A program made the translations under genes and the position numbers. A DNA stretch of 64,000 bases from Octopus vulgaris. Taxonomy: Eukaryota. The notes under the pieces were generated by a model. It was not told the origin of the DNA. It searched no databases and saw only the letters and a program-made list of their open reading frames with translations. Below are positions 12,986 to 26,610 of the stretch, in pieces (within the stretch, counting starts at the first letter, position 1; the number at the start of each line of letters is the position of its first letter). The DNA is taken from positions 48,112,001-48,176,000 of the forward strand of contig OX597819.1 of the NCBI GenBank assembly GCA_951406725.2, read 5' to 3'.

Positions 12986-14798
12986 CATGTCTGGTAATTA
13001 AATCCAGAATGGTAGAAAGAATAATAATAAGAAAATGAGTATTTTTTTCATAAAATAGATCTAGTTTAAACAATTTTCTCAACTTTTGGATCATTTAAAA
13101 TTATAAATGGGGAAAAAATATGTAAAAATCTAGAATCAGCAAATTTATGCAGTTAGGGTTTTTTGTGCTCAGACTGCAAGATTGTGGTTTCAATTCCTGA
13201 ACCAAGGAGTGCGATTCGTTCTTGAGTAAAACAGTCCACTGACCTGTAAATAAGTAACTCAGCCATAGACAGGCATTCTATTCAGGGGAGGATGTTGTGT
13301 TGGTCACTTAAATACCATGGAAAAAAGGTGACCAGTCCTATGATTCTTAGAACTTAAAACAGTAATCTCTAGTGGTTGATGATGATGATAACTTCATCTT
13401 AGTTTGGGAACCCCTACTTCATACCATCCAACTTATGTAAGCATGGAAAAAACATAGAATGATTGTGGTAATACAGCAGCAGCAACAGATGTCTTCTAGC
13501 CATTTATTCTGTTAAACTTGGGGTGATATTAAGCAAACACATGGATTGGATTTTCATTGTCCACTGCAGAACAAAGGCCTTGGCTTGTTCTCTCTGCCAA
13601 CTATGGTCCTATTTGCAGACTGTGAATTTGAGCTTGAGATCATACTAGTTTGATAAGCCTACTCTGCCACACTGGCTCAACATGGCTTTACAAAGAGGTT
13701 TTTTTTTAATACTCATAGCCAGGAGTAAAGTCGTTTACATCGACCCCAGTGCTCAACTGGTACTTATTTGAACATATGTTCAAATATAAGGTGAGGCATT
13801 TTCCAAAAATTGTTACTCAAAACTGTAGAAATAACCTTACAAGTAGTCATCTTAGGGCCCATGGCAGAGGTCTGAGTTGAAATCCTGTTGAGGTTAACTT
13901 CACTTTTTATCTTTCTGGGATTTACCAGTTAAGTACTACAGTCAATACCTCTGTCTGTCTCCCTCCTTTACTCTACATTGTGGAAAGAAACATGGGAGAC
14001 CACTCACAGCTTTCCTTTCTCCAGAAATAGAGATGGACTGAATCCTTTGTTCAGTCTAGAGTTTTACTTTTACAAAAACTGATGTTACTGAAACTGTCCA
14101 AGGATGAGTGAATGTGCAGAATGATAATAATAATAAATGTATAAATATATGACTGTGTGGTCAAGATGTTTACTTTGCAACTATGTAATCTTGTTCAGCC
14201 CCACTGCACAGCAACTTGGGCAAGTGTCTATACAGCCCCTGGTCAATCATACACTTTTGAGTGAATTTGATGGATGGGAAGTGTTCAGAGCCTATCGTGT
14301 CTTTGTATCTATGTGTGCATGTGGTCATCATCTTTTAATCTCCATCTCCAGTGCTGGCATGGGTTGGCTAGACCTGAGGGTTCAGACACCTACATCATGC
14401 TCTAACATCTGCTTTGGTATGATTTCTATAGCTGGGTGCCCTTCTTTACCCTAACCACTATATAATAATAATAATGATGATGATGACTAACTTACGATAT
14501 ACAGTGCTCAGGTGCACTACAACTCACCAGAAAAAGTAACCAAAACTACATAGAGTATGCACAGGAAGTGAACTGTGACTAAGTCTTAAAAAAACAATAA
14601 AAACAGCAGCGGTTGGGGCATCAGGTGTACTGCTAGCGAATTTTAAGGAAGCATGGCAGTTTTGAAGGATGTAGTGTCTCGACAGCTAACAACTAATGCA
14701 GGTAGTTTATTCCATGTGTATGTAATATAGTGTGCATACACAGGTTGTGATTATGACTCTGATCTCATTGTTTTTGTGCCTATTCTTTTCTGTTTCAG

Positions 14799-15027
14799 TT
14801 CGAGAGAACCAGTCCAATAGAGGCCAGGCTGCAACTGTCCTACAACTCAACCTCAGTCAGTCATCTCCCAGTAGTGACTCTCATCTTCCATCAGGAATTG
14901 TTTCATCTTCACTAGTAGCAGGTTTAAATAATGTGACCTCCAATAAAATAATCACTGCATCAAAGTCTGCTTTACCAGTCCTCAAGCTTACGGCAAAGAA
15001 TCCCTCTGCTCTTGAATCCTATAAAAA
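14799..15027 (+). CDS. EPC1: EPC exon, Ser-rich low-complexity region (IRENQSNRGQ...SALPVLKLTAKNPSALESYK)
   Basis: TTTCAG acceptor, GTAAGC donor, phase 1-2, which bridges the flanking exons exactly. Confidence 0.85.
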
Positions 15028-15332
15028 GTAAGCATCCCGTTATTACTTAATGATTTCACTAATTACTCTCTCTCGGTTTGTTCTTTATATTTTCAATTAT
15101 TTTCTTTTGTTTCTTTTATATATTTTATATTTTATTCTTGTACGTTTTGGATTTACCAGTTAAGTACTCGAGTCAATACTGTTCTGTCTGTCATTCTCCT
15201 TACTTTGCATTGTGGAAAGAAACATGGGAAACCACTCACAGCTTTTCTTTCTCTAGACTTTTACTTCTACAAAAAAACTGATATGTTACTGAAACTGTCC
15301 AAGGATTAGTGAATGTGCAGAATGTTAATAAT

Positions 15333-15688
15333 AACAAGAGCCCTCAGAGAGTGCAAACCTCCGCCAAGGCAACACTAACGTCCTCTCAACAATTAGCCAG
15401 AGTTGATTTTTAAAATGAGAATATCTGAAATAAACTTGACTGCTCTCACAAACGAGAATACTAAAAATGAACCTAACCACTCTCAAAAATTAAGTAATAA
15501 AACGGAAAATAATCCAAAATCCTTGTCCAGCACTTGATCAATCTCCAAATCTAATCAGTTCATGCCAGGCATGAGGTCAAACATCCCTGAAAGTTTCATC
15601 TGACTCCATCTAGCAGTTCTTGAGATATCTTGACCACAGACAAACATGACTCAAAACAATACCTCCGCCTTCGCTAAGGCAGCAGTAA
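15333..15688. mobile_element. Helentron/HINE-like non-autonomous element
   Basis: Subterminal ACCTCCGCC at 15357 recurs at 15661 within a terminal hairpin ACCTCCGCCTT-CGCT-AAGGCAGCAGT. It sits in an (AAT)n run and is absent from the paralogous copy of the flank at ~14125. Confidence 0.6.
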
Positions 15689-16512
15689 TAGTAATGTAAA
15701 TCAGATCACATGTTGTTGTGATGCACTGCTCTGGTTATCACATTATAAGATTGACTAACAATGATTGTCTATTTTAACGTACATTATATGGATGTTTTGA
15801 TGGCCATAGTGTTGGTTACAGTTTTATGAGAAATGCACATATTCGCTGCAAAATCAATAGTTTAAGAATCTACTATTGCAACTCTGTTTAATTGGGGTTA
15901 CTAATTAAGGCCATATTACTTGTTTCAGTCTTCAGTCGGTTTAGCTGTTAATAGGTATATCTATAATAATAAAAGCGAAATTCTGTCTGTCTTGGACCCC
16001 TGTATCTTGGTCTTACATTTGTTCTACATAGACATGTTATAACTTTTTGGAATCAGGATGATCCCAGGAATGAAAATATATCCTTCATTTGGTTCTTGAA
16101 CATCCAGCATTGGGATTTGATTTAAAAGCATTTGAGTTGCTATTTTTAGCAGGTAAAGCTTGGCTGATTCATGCTATCTTGGTTGGTGTTTGTCAGATGA
16201 TATCAGAGATTAGCAGGGGAGATAAATGACATTCACTTCATTAATTTTACATTGAGATAAGTTTGGAATAAATTGGCCTACAATTGGAATTCAAATTGGG
16301 ACTGGAACAGTAGAATGATTTCATAACAGAATTTATTCTCATCCATCCTTAACCACTTACGAAACACCACCAGGTCATATTGTCATTACAGACGTATTTT
16401 AGTCATACTATTTAGCTCTCTTCAGTTTTAGGCCACTGGCTCAATTAGCCCTCTGCAGGAGCTAGCTTAAAAGTCTGCACTGAGTGCAGTTTTTAGAGCT
16501 AGTTATTTATAA

Positions 16513-16720
16513 GGCGGCGAGCTGGCAGAATTGTTAGCATGCCAGGCAAAATGCTGAGTGACATTTCGTCTGTCTTTATATTCTGAGCTCAAATTCTGCC
16601 ACAGTTGACTTGACTTTTCATCCTTTCAGGGTCGATAAAATAAGTACCAGCTGAGAACTGGACTCAATATAATCAACCCCTTCCATTGAAATTGCTAGTC
16701 TTGTGCCAAAATTTGAAATC
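16513..16720 (+). mobile_element. tRNA-derived SINE, family 2
   Basis: GGCGGCGAGCTGGCAGAA...GAGCTCAAATTC...GGTCGATAAAATAAGTACCAG. Other copies at ~7605-7785, 23241-23450, 26780-26970, 13720-13770(-) and 51570-51710(-). Confidence 0.8.
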
Positions 16721-17160
16721 AATATGTATGCCATTTTTACTCAGTTGTCAAAAAATAGATCAAGGAGTGAAGTGGCTCTAGTTTATTGAAAAGTTAGGAA
16801 GTTGCATGTCATCATAATTTATATGTCAGCTTTTCAATATTAATATGAGTTGAACTGTTCGGTTTCAACACAGCTTCTGAGTTTTAGTAGTCCTTTATCA
16901 TCTCCTTTGTGAGGTTCAGCATTCTACAATCAGCCTTCACCACATTTGCTAGCAACTTTCTATGTGTTAAGAAGTTTACTTTCCACCTCATTGCTTTCAA
17001 TTCTGCCCCACTGCATGGCAACTTGAGCAAGCGTCTTCTACTATAACCTCAGGTTGACCTAAGCTTTTCTGAGTGGATTTCGTAGATTGAAACTGAAAGA
17101 AACTCTTTGTGTGTGTGTGTGTGTGCACATGCATTTAGTAAGTATAAGATTGGTGAAGCT

Positions 17161-17550
17161 TCCCTATGCAGTCACAATTGTGCTGAGCTGGTCCTGTCAG
17201 AATGAGTGACAAAAGAATACCCAAAGTCCTCATGTACAACCAGCATTTATTGGGCACAGAAATGTTGGTCAACCCCAGCTCAGGTATAAGGACAAACTGA
17301 AGAGTAACTTCTCAGCTGTCTATAGTTCACAACACCTTTGAGCAAACAACCTTGGAGTGAACAAAATGGAGATCATCATGTCAAAATAATATAAGAGACT
17401 TTCTTTCAACCAGCTTTAACAGGTTAAGGGGTGTAGGGCAAATGAGAAAAGCAGCTGCAAACATACTGCCTGCACTGACTCATACTTGCAACATTTGTGA
17501 ATTTCTTTGTAAATTGTTGGCGGGACACAAATGTCACATTCGATATAAGC
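17161..17550 (+). mobile_element. Decayed 3' end of an RTE-clade LINE ORF
   Basis: Frameshifted remnants RMSDKRIPKVLMY..GHRNVGQPQLRYKDKLKSN and a C-terminal CNIC...HIR zinc finger typical of RTE/BovB-like ORFs. Confidence 0.75.
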
Positions 17551-18144
17551 ATTATGACTGACAAAGAATGAGTTGGAACCAATGGGAGAGTTCATCTATT
17601 ATATAAAATCCGTTCTGTCTTTCTGTGTGTGTGTCTTCTAGGATCTTCGGCATCCTCCATCCGATTGCGCTCAAATTTGATATGTAGATACTGAGGGTAT
17701 CAAGGTGTGTCGATTCCAGGTGAAAATGCAATTGATAAAGCCATGGGAACGTGCATTTGTACACGCAACTACATCAGCTGTTGCGATCTATACTACGTGT
17801 ACGCGAGAAAAATGCACATTGTTTTTGTAAAGCTTAACGGCACGTTTCTTTCCTGCCAAGCTTACTGTTTAAACCATGTTTGTGTTCTCCAAGTCAACAG
17901 CCTTATCATTACTGGTACTTTAAACTCTTCGGTTGCATATTTGTGTGAATAAAATCGTTTTTCTTTGGAATAGAAAAAAAGTCTATCTTTATTTCTTCTT
18001 TTGCTGATATCTCAAATTTAGGTTAAATCAGTGTTTCTCAAAAGGGAGGCCTATGGGACGGTCGGACAAGTTGTTTTGAGAAAATTTGGTTTAAATGTTT
18101 AACAACTCAGCACCGTCCATTGGAGGGGGAGGGCGTTTTGCTCG

Positions 18145-18184
<40 letters not shown>

Positions 18185-18456
18185 ACTCTCCCAAGAAAGC
18201 ATATCTGGTCATGGGGGAAATATTACCTAACTTAGAAATAAGTGAGGATGAGTGACAAGAGAGGCATCCAGTTGTTGAAAGTGTGCCTCTGCCTGACCTG
18301 TGAGAGCATGGAAAAGTGGACATTAAACTGATGATATATATCTTTGTATTTATATATAATATATTATGTAAGAGTGTTGTTTGTTTGAAGCATTGTAATT
18401 TTGAAGAAGGTAAAAAGAGAGAAAATAGAAAGCTTCTGACAATGTGTAAAGTTTAA

Positions 18457-18660
18457 CCCTTTCGTTACCAACCCAGCTGTAGTAGAAATGTCTTGTTTTC
18501 ATAAGTTTTGAATTTAAATCTTCTACAAAAACCTTAGTCACAAGTTATGTTCCTAACACTTGCTGAATGATAACTAAGTTATTTTACTAAATTCTTTCTT
18601 ATATTTAAAGTAATTGAAAGAAACACAGAGCATCTCAAAATAAATACAGTAACAAAATGG
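18457..18660 (+). mobile_element. piggyBac-like MITE with TTAA target-site duplication
   Basis: TTAA at 18453-18456 and 18661-18664; TIRs CCCTTTCGTTAC / GTAACAAAATGG. Confidence 0.8.
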
Positions 18661-18665
18661 TTAAC

Positions 18666-18855
18666 AAAACCTTTATATTTCAGACGCAAAGGCCCATCTT
18701 CAGAAGAAAATAACAGCCTGAGAAAAGTTCAGTCATGTAGGTTCTGTTAACCCATTCAAATATGAATGGGTTAATGGAACTTACATAACTGAACTTTTCT
18801 CAGATTGTTCTTTTCTTCTGGAGATGGGTCTTTGTGCCTGAAATATAAAGGTTTT
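18666..18855. repeat. Long imperfect inverted repeat (93-bp arms, 4-nt loop)
   Basis: 18666-18758 pairs with 18763-18855; 11 mismatches by manual alignment. Confidence 0.95.
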
Positions 18856-18991
18856 TATTAAGCTTTCCGCATTCTCAGGAGCTTTCTTTCCTCTCTCTCT
18901 TTACTTTCATTATATTATGTTTCTTTTTTATTGTTCATTTGTTCTTATATTGTTGTATGACGTATTTCTTTATTTTTTTTGTTTTTTACAG

Positions 18992-19064
18992 ACAGACCTA
19001 TGAAGATGGAAGTCTTCTGAGTAATTTCAGTAAAGACAGAATTGTACCAATGGATGTTACTTGA
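18992..19064 (+). CDS. EPC1: EPC terminal coding exon (KQTYEDGSLLSNFSKDRIVPMDVT*)
   Basis: Long T tract plus CAG acceptor, phase 2. Ends in VPMDVT-stop, matching the conserved EPC C-terminus (human VAMEVT). Confidence 0.92.
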
Positions 19065-19973
19065 TTTGTCATATTTGGTTAGTTTGACGGACTAAAAAAA
19101 ATACTGGAAAGAAAGAAAAAAAAGCCCTTGAAGACATTTCAACTCTTGTTCTTCTACCCCCCCATCCTCTAGAATGCTCCATCTTCCTGCCAGTGATTGA
19201 ACCACAAACTGTAGCTGCTGTTGCCTGGTCTGGCTGTCTTTCTGTGTACAGTGCATTGTTTTGTGTAGGTTATCTAACTGCTACTACTACTACTACTATT
19301 ACTATTAATATTACTACTACTATTACTACTACTACTACTACTACTACTACTCTACAGCAATTCCTACTATTGTCTGCACCTCTTCACTGTCAACTGGTGG
19401 CTGCTATTACTGTACAGTGTGAAGTAGGTACCAACACTCACACACACACACATATGGACATGTTTTGGACTAGGGGTCTTGGTGGGGCTGGCAGTAGAAT
19501 CATAATGTGACAGCAGCAAGGTCTGTGGCCGGTGTTTTTTTTTCTTTTTGTATTGTATTTTTTTATTTATTTTTTTTTTAAATTTTCAGTGAAAAGAAAA
19601 AGAAAAAAAAACACAAAAAATTTAGATCAGAAAAAAATAAACAACAAAATAACTGGATAGACAGACATCTCTACCTGCAGCAAAACAGAAGGAAGTATTA
19701 AAGGATTGTTTTTGTTTGGTTTTGTTTTTTTTTTTTTTGTTTTTCGTTCGTTTTTTTTTCTTCGCTTTGAAAGAAATGATAAAACAACAAAAGCAAAAAA
19801 AAAAGAGTTACAGACAACTCAAACAAAAAAATAAAAATAACGAAACCTGTCAGCAGAAAGCAACGACCACAATGTGATTTGCTACATGTTTTCTCCCATG
19901 GAGAAAGATTATCATAATAATAATAATAATGATGATAATAACAATAATAATAATAATATAATAATTATGAAAG

Positions 19974-20010
<37 letters not shown>

Positions 20011-20428
20011 AAGAAGAGCATAAGCAAAGAAAATAAGTGGCAAGAGACAGGGTAGTGAATGGGTGGGGAGAGTGAAGCATTAAAGGAGCCAGTTGAAATG
20101 GTACTTCTTGAACGTGCATACACAAACCCCCACACACACACACACAAGCACACACATGCGTGCACGCATACACACATGCACTGCCTGTCTGGGACTTTGG
20201 ATGCACCGACTTTGGTTGCCAGTGAAATACGTTTCAGGAATTTTTCTTGTGGCAGCAAGCAGTAATAATGACTCTTAGGGGTTGCTCTTGTTCCTACTAC
20301 TACTACTACTACTACTATTACTACTACTACTAGTAAAGCATTTCTAAAATTCATATCACGAGTAATATAAAAAAAAAAAAGTTTTATTCAGTATCAAACA
20401 GCAAAAACGAAATGATGATTGAAACAGG

Positions 20429-20471
<43 letters not shown>

Positions 20472-22870
20472 TACATACATACATACATACATACACACAT
20501 GCATATACTACACACATGTATGTGTGTGTCTGTATAGCTATAATTATTACCCCCTCTGTTTCTCTTGTCTCCACTTCCCCTTTAGTAATTATGTGATTAG
20601 TTTGGCTTTATTAATCTGTCGGAATTAAAAGTATGAAAGTTTGTTCTTTTTTTCCTGTTTTTGGATATTGTTTTGAGTTTACTACCATATACCTTTGTTC
20701 TAAAAGCTTTTGGTCAAAGAAACAGGGAACCAAATTTTTATTTTTAATTGGTTTATTCTAACAAAATAATACCCCCACCACCACCACCACAATTGTTATT
20801 TTGGGATGCAGGTGTTTTTTTTTTTTTTAGTGTTTTTAGTTTCTCAGCTCATTTCTTACATTTACCAAATGCCTCTTTACATGGTTTGTTTGTCTCTGTC
20901 CCTGTCTCTAAATTTGATTCCCTCATCTGTTTCTCACTCCCATTAACTTCTCTTACAAAAAATTTTTCCCTTCCTCTTTCAAAAGCATGGTTCTTTTTAC
21001 AAAAGATGCAAAAAAACCCCCCAAGGTGTAAGCTGTAGTTTCTGGTTACAGATAAATATCTGTTTATATGTGGTGATGTGTTCTGTTGTTAGTTTTATCA
21101 TTGGTACTAGTGTCCTGTGGTGGTACTATTACTCATCAAATGCTTGATATCAACTTGTAAATCCACTCAGTAGGCTTTCTGGACATGACCATTTCATCAT
21201 ATAATAGGCTATTGTATGTTGTTATTTGGTGGGGGCAGGGATTTAAACAGCATTGTTATTCTTGTCTTTAGCGGCGGTGGAAAATTGTGTTGAAGATGGT
21301 TGTCATTGACTACTAGCAAACTGTTTGGCTTCAGAATAATCAACTATATGCCAGGTAGTAAATGATGGACTTGGCACCTTTTAGAATTGGTAAAAGCTTT
21401 ACTGTCACAAACTTCCTAGGTCCTTTGGGTTGGTTGTTCTTGGAATCTATACTCCTGTTGTTGTTGATTGTGATGGTGATGATGTTGTTGTCACTGCTGG
21501 TGGGCAGCAGTTGTATGCATTGGTGCTTGCTTATTTATCATAGCTTTGTTATGTCAGTGTACATATTTCATATACAGCATATATGTGTGTATGCATGTGA
21601 GTGTGTATGTACACATATACACATACATGATGCATAACAGATATACATCATCTCATGGCTTATCTCATTCCTATGCCTTGTCACTGATCACATTAATTCC
21701 CTTTATTCCTTACGATAGCACCTGCGTGTGTCTGTAAAACTTATGCTGGCTTGGAGAAATAGATGTAAAAACACTCATACATGCACATATACAAGAATTC
21801 ATATATTTTTTTCTGTATTTCTACATCCCTTTGCATAAAACCTTAATTTTTTTTCTTATCCTTTTATAACCAAATGTGAAAATGTGGTTATTTGCCAGAG
21901 ATTCTTTGGTGTTTTAGCTTGACAACTCAAGTATGTCAGCTATGCTAAAATGTCCTTACAGAGAGAGATAAACCAAAAAAAAAAAAAAAAAAACTAAATA
22001 TAAGACATTTAGCAATATATTATACAAATACACATTCAACAAAAGTAGCTCAGAAGTTAACTTTGGGTTCAATCCCACTTTGTGGCACCTCAGGCTATTG
22101 TCTTCAATTATAAACTCAGGTTGAGCACTGCTTTGTAAGTGAAATTAAGTAGATGGAAACTGTAGGAGAACTTGTTGTTTGTGTGTGTGTGTGTGTGTAT
22201 GTGTAATCTGTCAGTGTCTGTATTTAGCAGTAAAGATGTAGTACCTTGTTCTGGTCACAGTGCAATGATTGAAGCCAGTTAAAGAATTAAAAAACCAGTT
22301 GTACAGAATTTTTTCTTTCTTTTCCGAAATTCATCATCTCTGCTAATTTTTTCTGTGACATATTCTCAGATTTCTTAATGTCTCCTCCATTCTTCTTTCT
22401 GCTACATTCATTGTTCTTTTCTCCCCCCACTCCATTTTAAATTTGAAACTTTCCTGCACAATATATATATAGCCCTTCTAGTTTCATTTCGTCATTATGA
22501 GAGAGAATTCATAGTTTGTATTTACTTGTTGTCAAAATCAATTTGAATTAGATACATTCTTTTTCATTTACCTATTAAGCTCTAATTCTCCTTATGAATA
22601 CCTAGTTGAGAATTGTGGCAGATAAGGCCCTCGCTTGGGAGCAGGCTCATGACTTGTGCTTGTGTTCGTTTCAGTTGGGATCTTTTGTTGTCCAATCTTC
22701 AATAGAGAGTAGGTGGGACTAAGACTCAGAAAGTTAAGATTCTACTTTCCTTCCTTCTCATATACTACTATATATATATTACAGTTCAAAACAAAAATAC
22801 AGTCATGTAACTCTTTTTATGTGTATTGTCACCATGTAAAATAAGACTTTGTAGATTATTACCATAAGCT
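19065..22870 (+). other. Probable proximal 3'UTR of EPC (microsatellite-rich; 3' end uncertain)
   Basis: Follows the stop codon. U-rich sequence with (CTA)n, (ATA)n, (GA)n and (CA)n tracts and few interspersed repeats. No unambiguous cleavage site seen. Confidence 0.45.
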
Positions 22871-23913
22871 GAGGCTTCTTGAGTGTTTTTATTCATTTTT
22901 CAGCTTTGAAAATGCCAAATGGCTTTTAATTTGTCCATTTTCTCAAACTTTGTTGTTTAAAAAAAAAACTTGCACCTGGTTCTTAACATATGTGCAGCAT
23001 TTAGTAAACGTTTCTTATAACTTGTATCTGTTAAGTTTTGCTGGTTTCCTAATTTATACATTTTGGCTTTTTAGCATCATTGCTTTACCAACTGCAGCTA
23101 TTCTTCCTTACTTGTTTATCTAACTTTGTAACACTCTTTAATGGCACTTGTTGGCTTGCAGGAAAACCAGTTGTCAGTTTTAGTTTATTTCCTACAACTG
23201 TTTTTCTTTATTTTGTCACTATTATTATTATTATTATTATTGCTGGCAGAATCGTTAGCACACCTGGCGAAATGTTTAGTAGCATTACATTTGTCTTTAC
23301 GTTCTGAATTCAAATTCCGCCAAGGTCAACTTTGTCTATCATCCTCTTGGGGGTTGATAAAATAAGTACCAATTGAGTACTGGGGGAAGGGTCTATATAA
23401 TTGACTTCCCCCTCCTCTCAAAATCCCTGGCTTTGTACCAAAATTAGAAAGAATGGTTAAGAACCCTAGTGATCTGGTCAGTTTTCAGCAATCACATTGG
23501 GAACTGTTTCATTTAATACAAGTGCTGTTATTTGTAAAGGTATGATTATCATACTTCCCTTTTTTCCTCTATTGTATTAATTGTAATAATTATGATTTTG
23601 CTCAGATGAAAAAATATAATTTTATGTTCTTGTTTTAATAATAGGAAATTTTATAGTTAGAAACAGAATTAAAAAAACACTTATAAAGATGGATTTCTTT
23701 CTTTGTATTTACATCTATTAAATTTCAGTCAGGTTTTATCTTTGATCACGACCAGTTGTCTTATTTCTGAAGCAGACTGAAGGTGCATCTCGAAGAATAA
23801 GACAATGGATTGTGATTGGAGATGAAACCAATTGAAATGATGTGGGTATAAATATAATAATAAAAAACATAAAGGTGAAGTTATTAGTCGAAAAAATAAA
23901 ATTTTTAAATATA

Positions 23914-23962
<49 letters not shown>

Positions 23963-24386
23963 TGATGTTGTTAGGTTAAGCTAATTGATTTCTGACTTTA
24001 TGGGTATTAGCTCAAATTCTACTTTTGCCTTTGAGTGGTGTTCCTAAGATGAATTATTAACATCCTTTATCTTAGATGTCCTAGCTGAAAACAGGCACCT
24101 TTTCCAGTTCCTAGTTACTTGGTTTAACAGTAAACAGAGTATCCAGCTGTAGAAACATTAGCTTCAGTAATACAAAATCCTCACCTATCTATTCATTTAT
24201 CTATCTGTCTGTGTATATATATATATACATACAAAAATGAGACAAGAACGCAAAACATCCAGACAGGTGATACAAAAAAGGCACAACAAAACATCCACAC
24301 AGACGATACAAAGAAAACAAGGATGGGTCATTTGGAGTTTTCTTTTCTCAGTCAAGGTCCAGATTATCTTTGCAATTTCGGCTGGT

Positions 24387-24420
<34 letters not shown>

Positions 24421-24806
24421 ATGTATGGATGTGTGTGTTATAAAACTAGAATGTTTTTTGTATAATGATCATCTAGTTACAAATCCTTAAGTATCTGAAT
24501 TTCCTTAATTCTAGCTTGTAGATAGTGATAAACAAAAAACAAAGAAAAATCAAACATTAATACAGGTTAAAAAGCTTTTCTTCTCTTTTTCTCTTTCTCC
24601 ATTTACGAAAATTTCTTTGTCAAAAGCTCGTTAAAGAAATTATCTTCTGAACCTATGTGAATGCTATCTTCTGGAGTATATAGTTGTATAAAACGGGCTT
24701 GATGGGTTTATTAATTTTTAATTTTAATTTTTGTTACTCCGATGATTAGAGCACGAAAATAACCAAAACAGTAAAGCACCAGACTAGATGCTTTATAAGA
24801 CATTTT

Positions 24807-25155
24807 GGTGACTGGTTAGAAGTTTGTTTCCCAACTGCATGATTCCAGGTGCAGTCCCACTGCATGGTACCTCGGGCAAGTGTTTTCTGCTATTGCCTCG
24901 GGCTGATCTTGTGAGTGGATTTAATAGACAGAAATTGAAAGAAACCTTTCATGTGTATGTTTTCTCCGACCACCACGTGACAACTGATGCTGGTGTGTTT
25001 ATGTCCCCATAACTTGGTGGTTTGGCAAAAAAAAAAAATACTGATAGAATAAGTACCAGGCTTTTAAAAAAAAAGTCCTGGGGTCAATTTATTCGACTAA
25101 AAATTCTTCAAGGTGGTGCCCCAGCATGGCCACAGTCTAATGACTGAAAATGTAA
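24807..25155 (+). mobile_element. tRNA-derived SINE, family 1 (diverged)
   Basis: Colinear similarity to 26201-26610. Confidence 0.75.
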
Positions 25156-25683
25156 AAGGTAACAGATAAAATTTTGCTGTGATCAACTTAATAAAAGTTG
25201 GTTGATGCAAAGAAGTCAACTGTCATTGTATTACTGTTAGCTGTATTTTTGACTCAACACCTTTTTAATAACATTAGTCTTATCTAAGCAATTGCCATTG
25301 TCATCCTCATTTATGTGAATAGCAGTAGGGAGGCAGACATAGTGTTTGACAAAATACCTATTGGATAATGGGGAGAGTAATACAGGTATACAGAATTGGT
25401 AAACAGCTTTCATGTCATTCTGTAAGATACATCTGTTATCAGTTTATCTTTAGAGCTAAACCCAGGATGGTAGTAACGATATGCCTTCTAAAATGCTCAA
25501 CTGCCTCTCCAGCTCCAGCTGTTATGTATCTAGATATTGTCACATCTGTAATGCATTCTGAAGCAGAGGCCTATATTGCGGTCTATTTACAAAGCTAAAG
25601 CTAAGGAATGAACTATAGAACCATTCACCATCCAGTCCTGGCTTACTTACAACATTGGCTGATACTGTTATAGGATTAAGAGC

Positions 25684-25725
<42 letters not shown>

Positions 25726-26200
25726 GTATGTATAATTTTGAACCCTACTTGTGTTCTTCTTTTACACATATGCTACATATGAAACCATCCCTGGGTTTGG
25801 TACCTATGTATATATTTATATATAGATATTGATATAGATGTGTGTGTGTACATATATACATACATACATTCAATATACTACCAACAAATGAGAACGATGA
25901 GTTGGCTACTGTAGGCTAAATACTAAGTACTCGGCCCAATCCTGGTGCCCTACATGTTGATTATATATATATATAAATATAATCCAAATAATCAGAAGAC
26001 ACAGGAATCCTTTAACACATCTTTAATGATTTGTTACGATTGTTTCTGTACTAACTCTGCTTGCAACACCAGTCTATGCAAAAATTTGAAGTGAAAATTT
26101 ACATAATGTTTGCGGTTTTAGACATTAGTTTGGCACTTCATTAGACTTGCATCAAAGGTACCCTCTTACATTGTGCGTCCAATATATATATATATATATA

Positions 26201-26610
26201 GGCGCAGGAGTGGCTGTGTGGTAAGTAGCTTGCTTACCAACCACATGGTTCCGGGTTCAGTCCCACTGCGTGGCACCTTAGGCAAGTGTCTTCTACTATA
26301 GCCCCGGGCCGACCAATGCCTTGTGAGTGGATTTGGTAGACGGAAACTGAAAAGAAGCCCGTCATATATATGTATATATATATATATATGTATGTATGTA
26401 TGTATGTGTGTGTCTGTGTTTGTCCCCCTAGCGTTGCTTGACAACCGATGCTGGTGTGTTTACGTCCCCATTACTTAGCGGTTCGGCAAAAGATACCGAT
26501 AGAATAAGTACTGGGCTTACAAAAGAATAAGTCCCAGGGTCGAGTTGCTTGATTAAAGGCGGTGCTCCAGCATGGCCGCAGTCAAAATGACTGAAACAAG
26601 TAAAAGAGAG
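26201..26610 (+). mobile_element. Full-length, apparently young tRNA-derived SINE (family 1) with internal (TA)/(TG) microsatellite
   Basis: A box TGGCTGTGTGG, B box GGTTCAGTCCC, CpGs retained, inserted in a (TA)n tract. Fragments also at ~14190, 16970, 22040 and 40415. Confidence 0.88.

Noticed and set aside
19193-20628. ORFs with poly-T, poly-I, poly-V or HT repeats downstream of the EPC stop
   Set aside because: They are translations of 3'UTR microsatellites.
26201-26280. tRNA gene
   Set aside because: A/B boxes are present, but the sequence continues into a multi-copy SINE body and no proper cloverleaf or terminator was seen.
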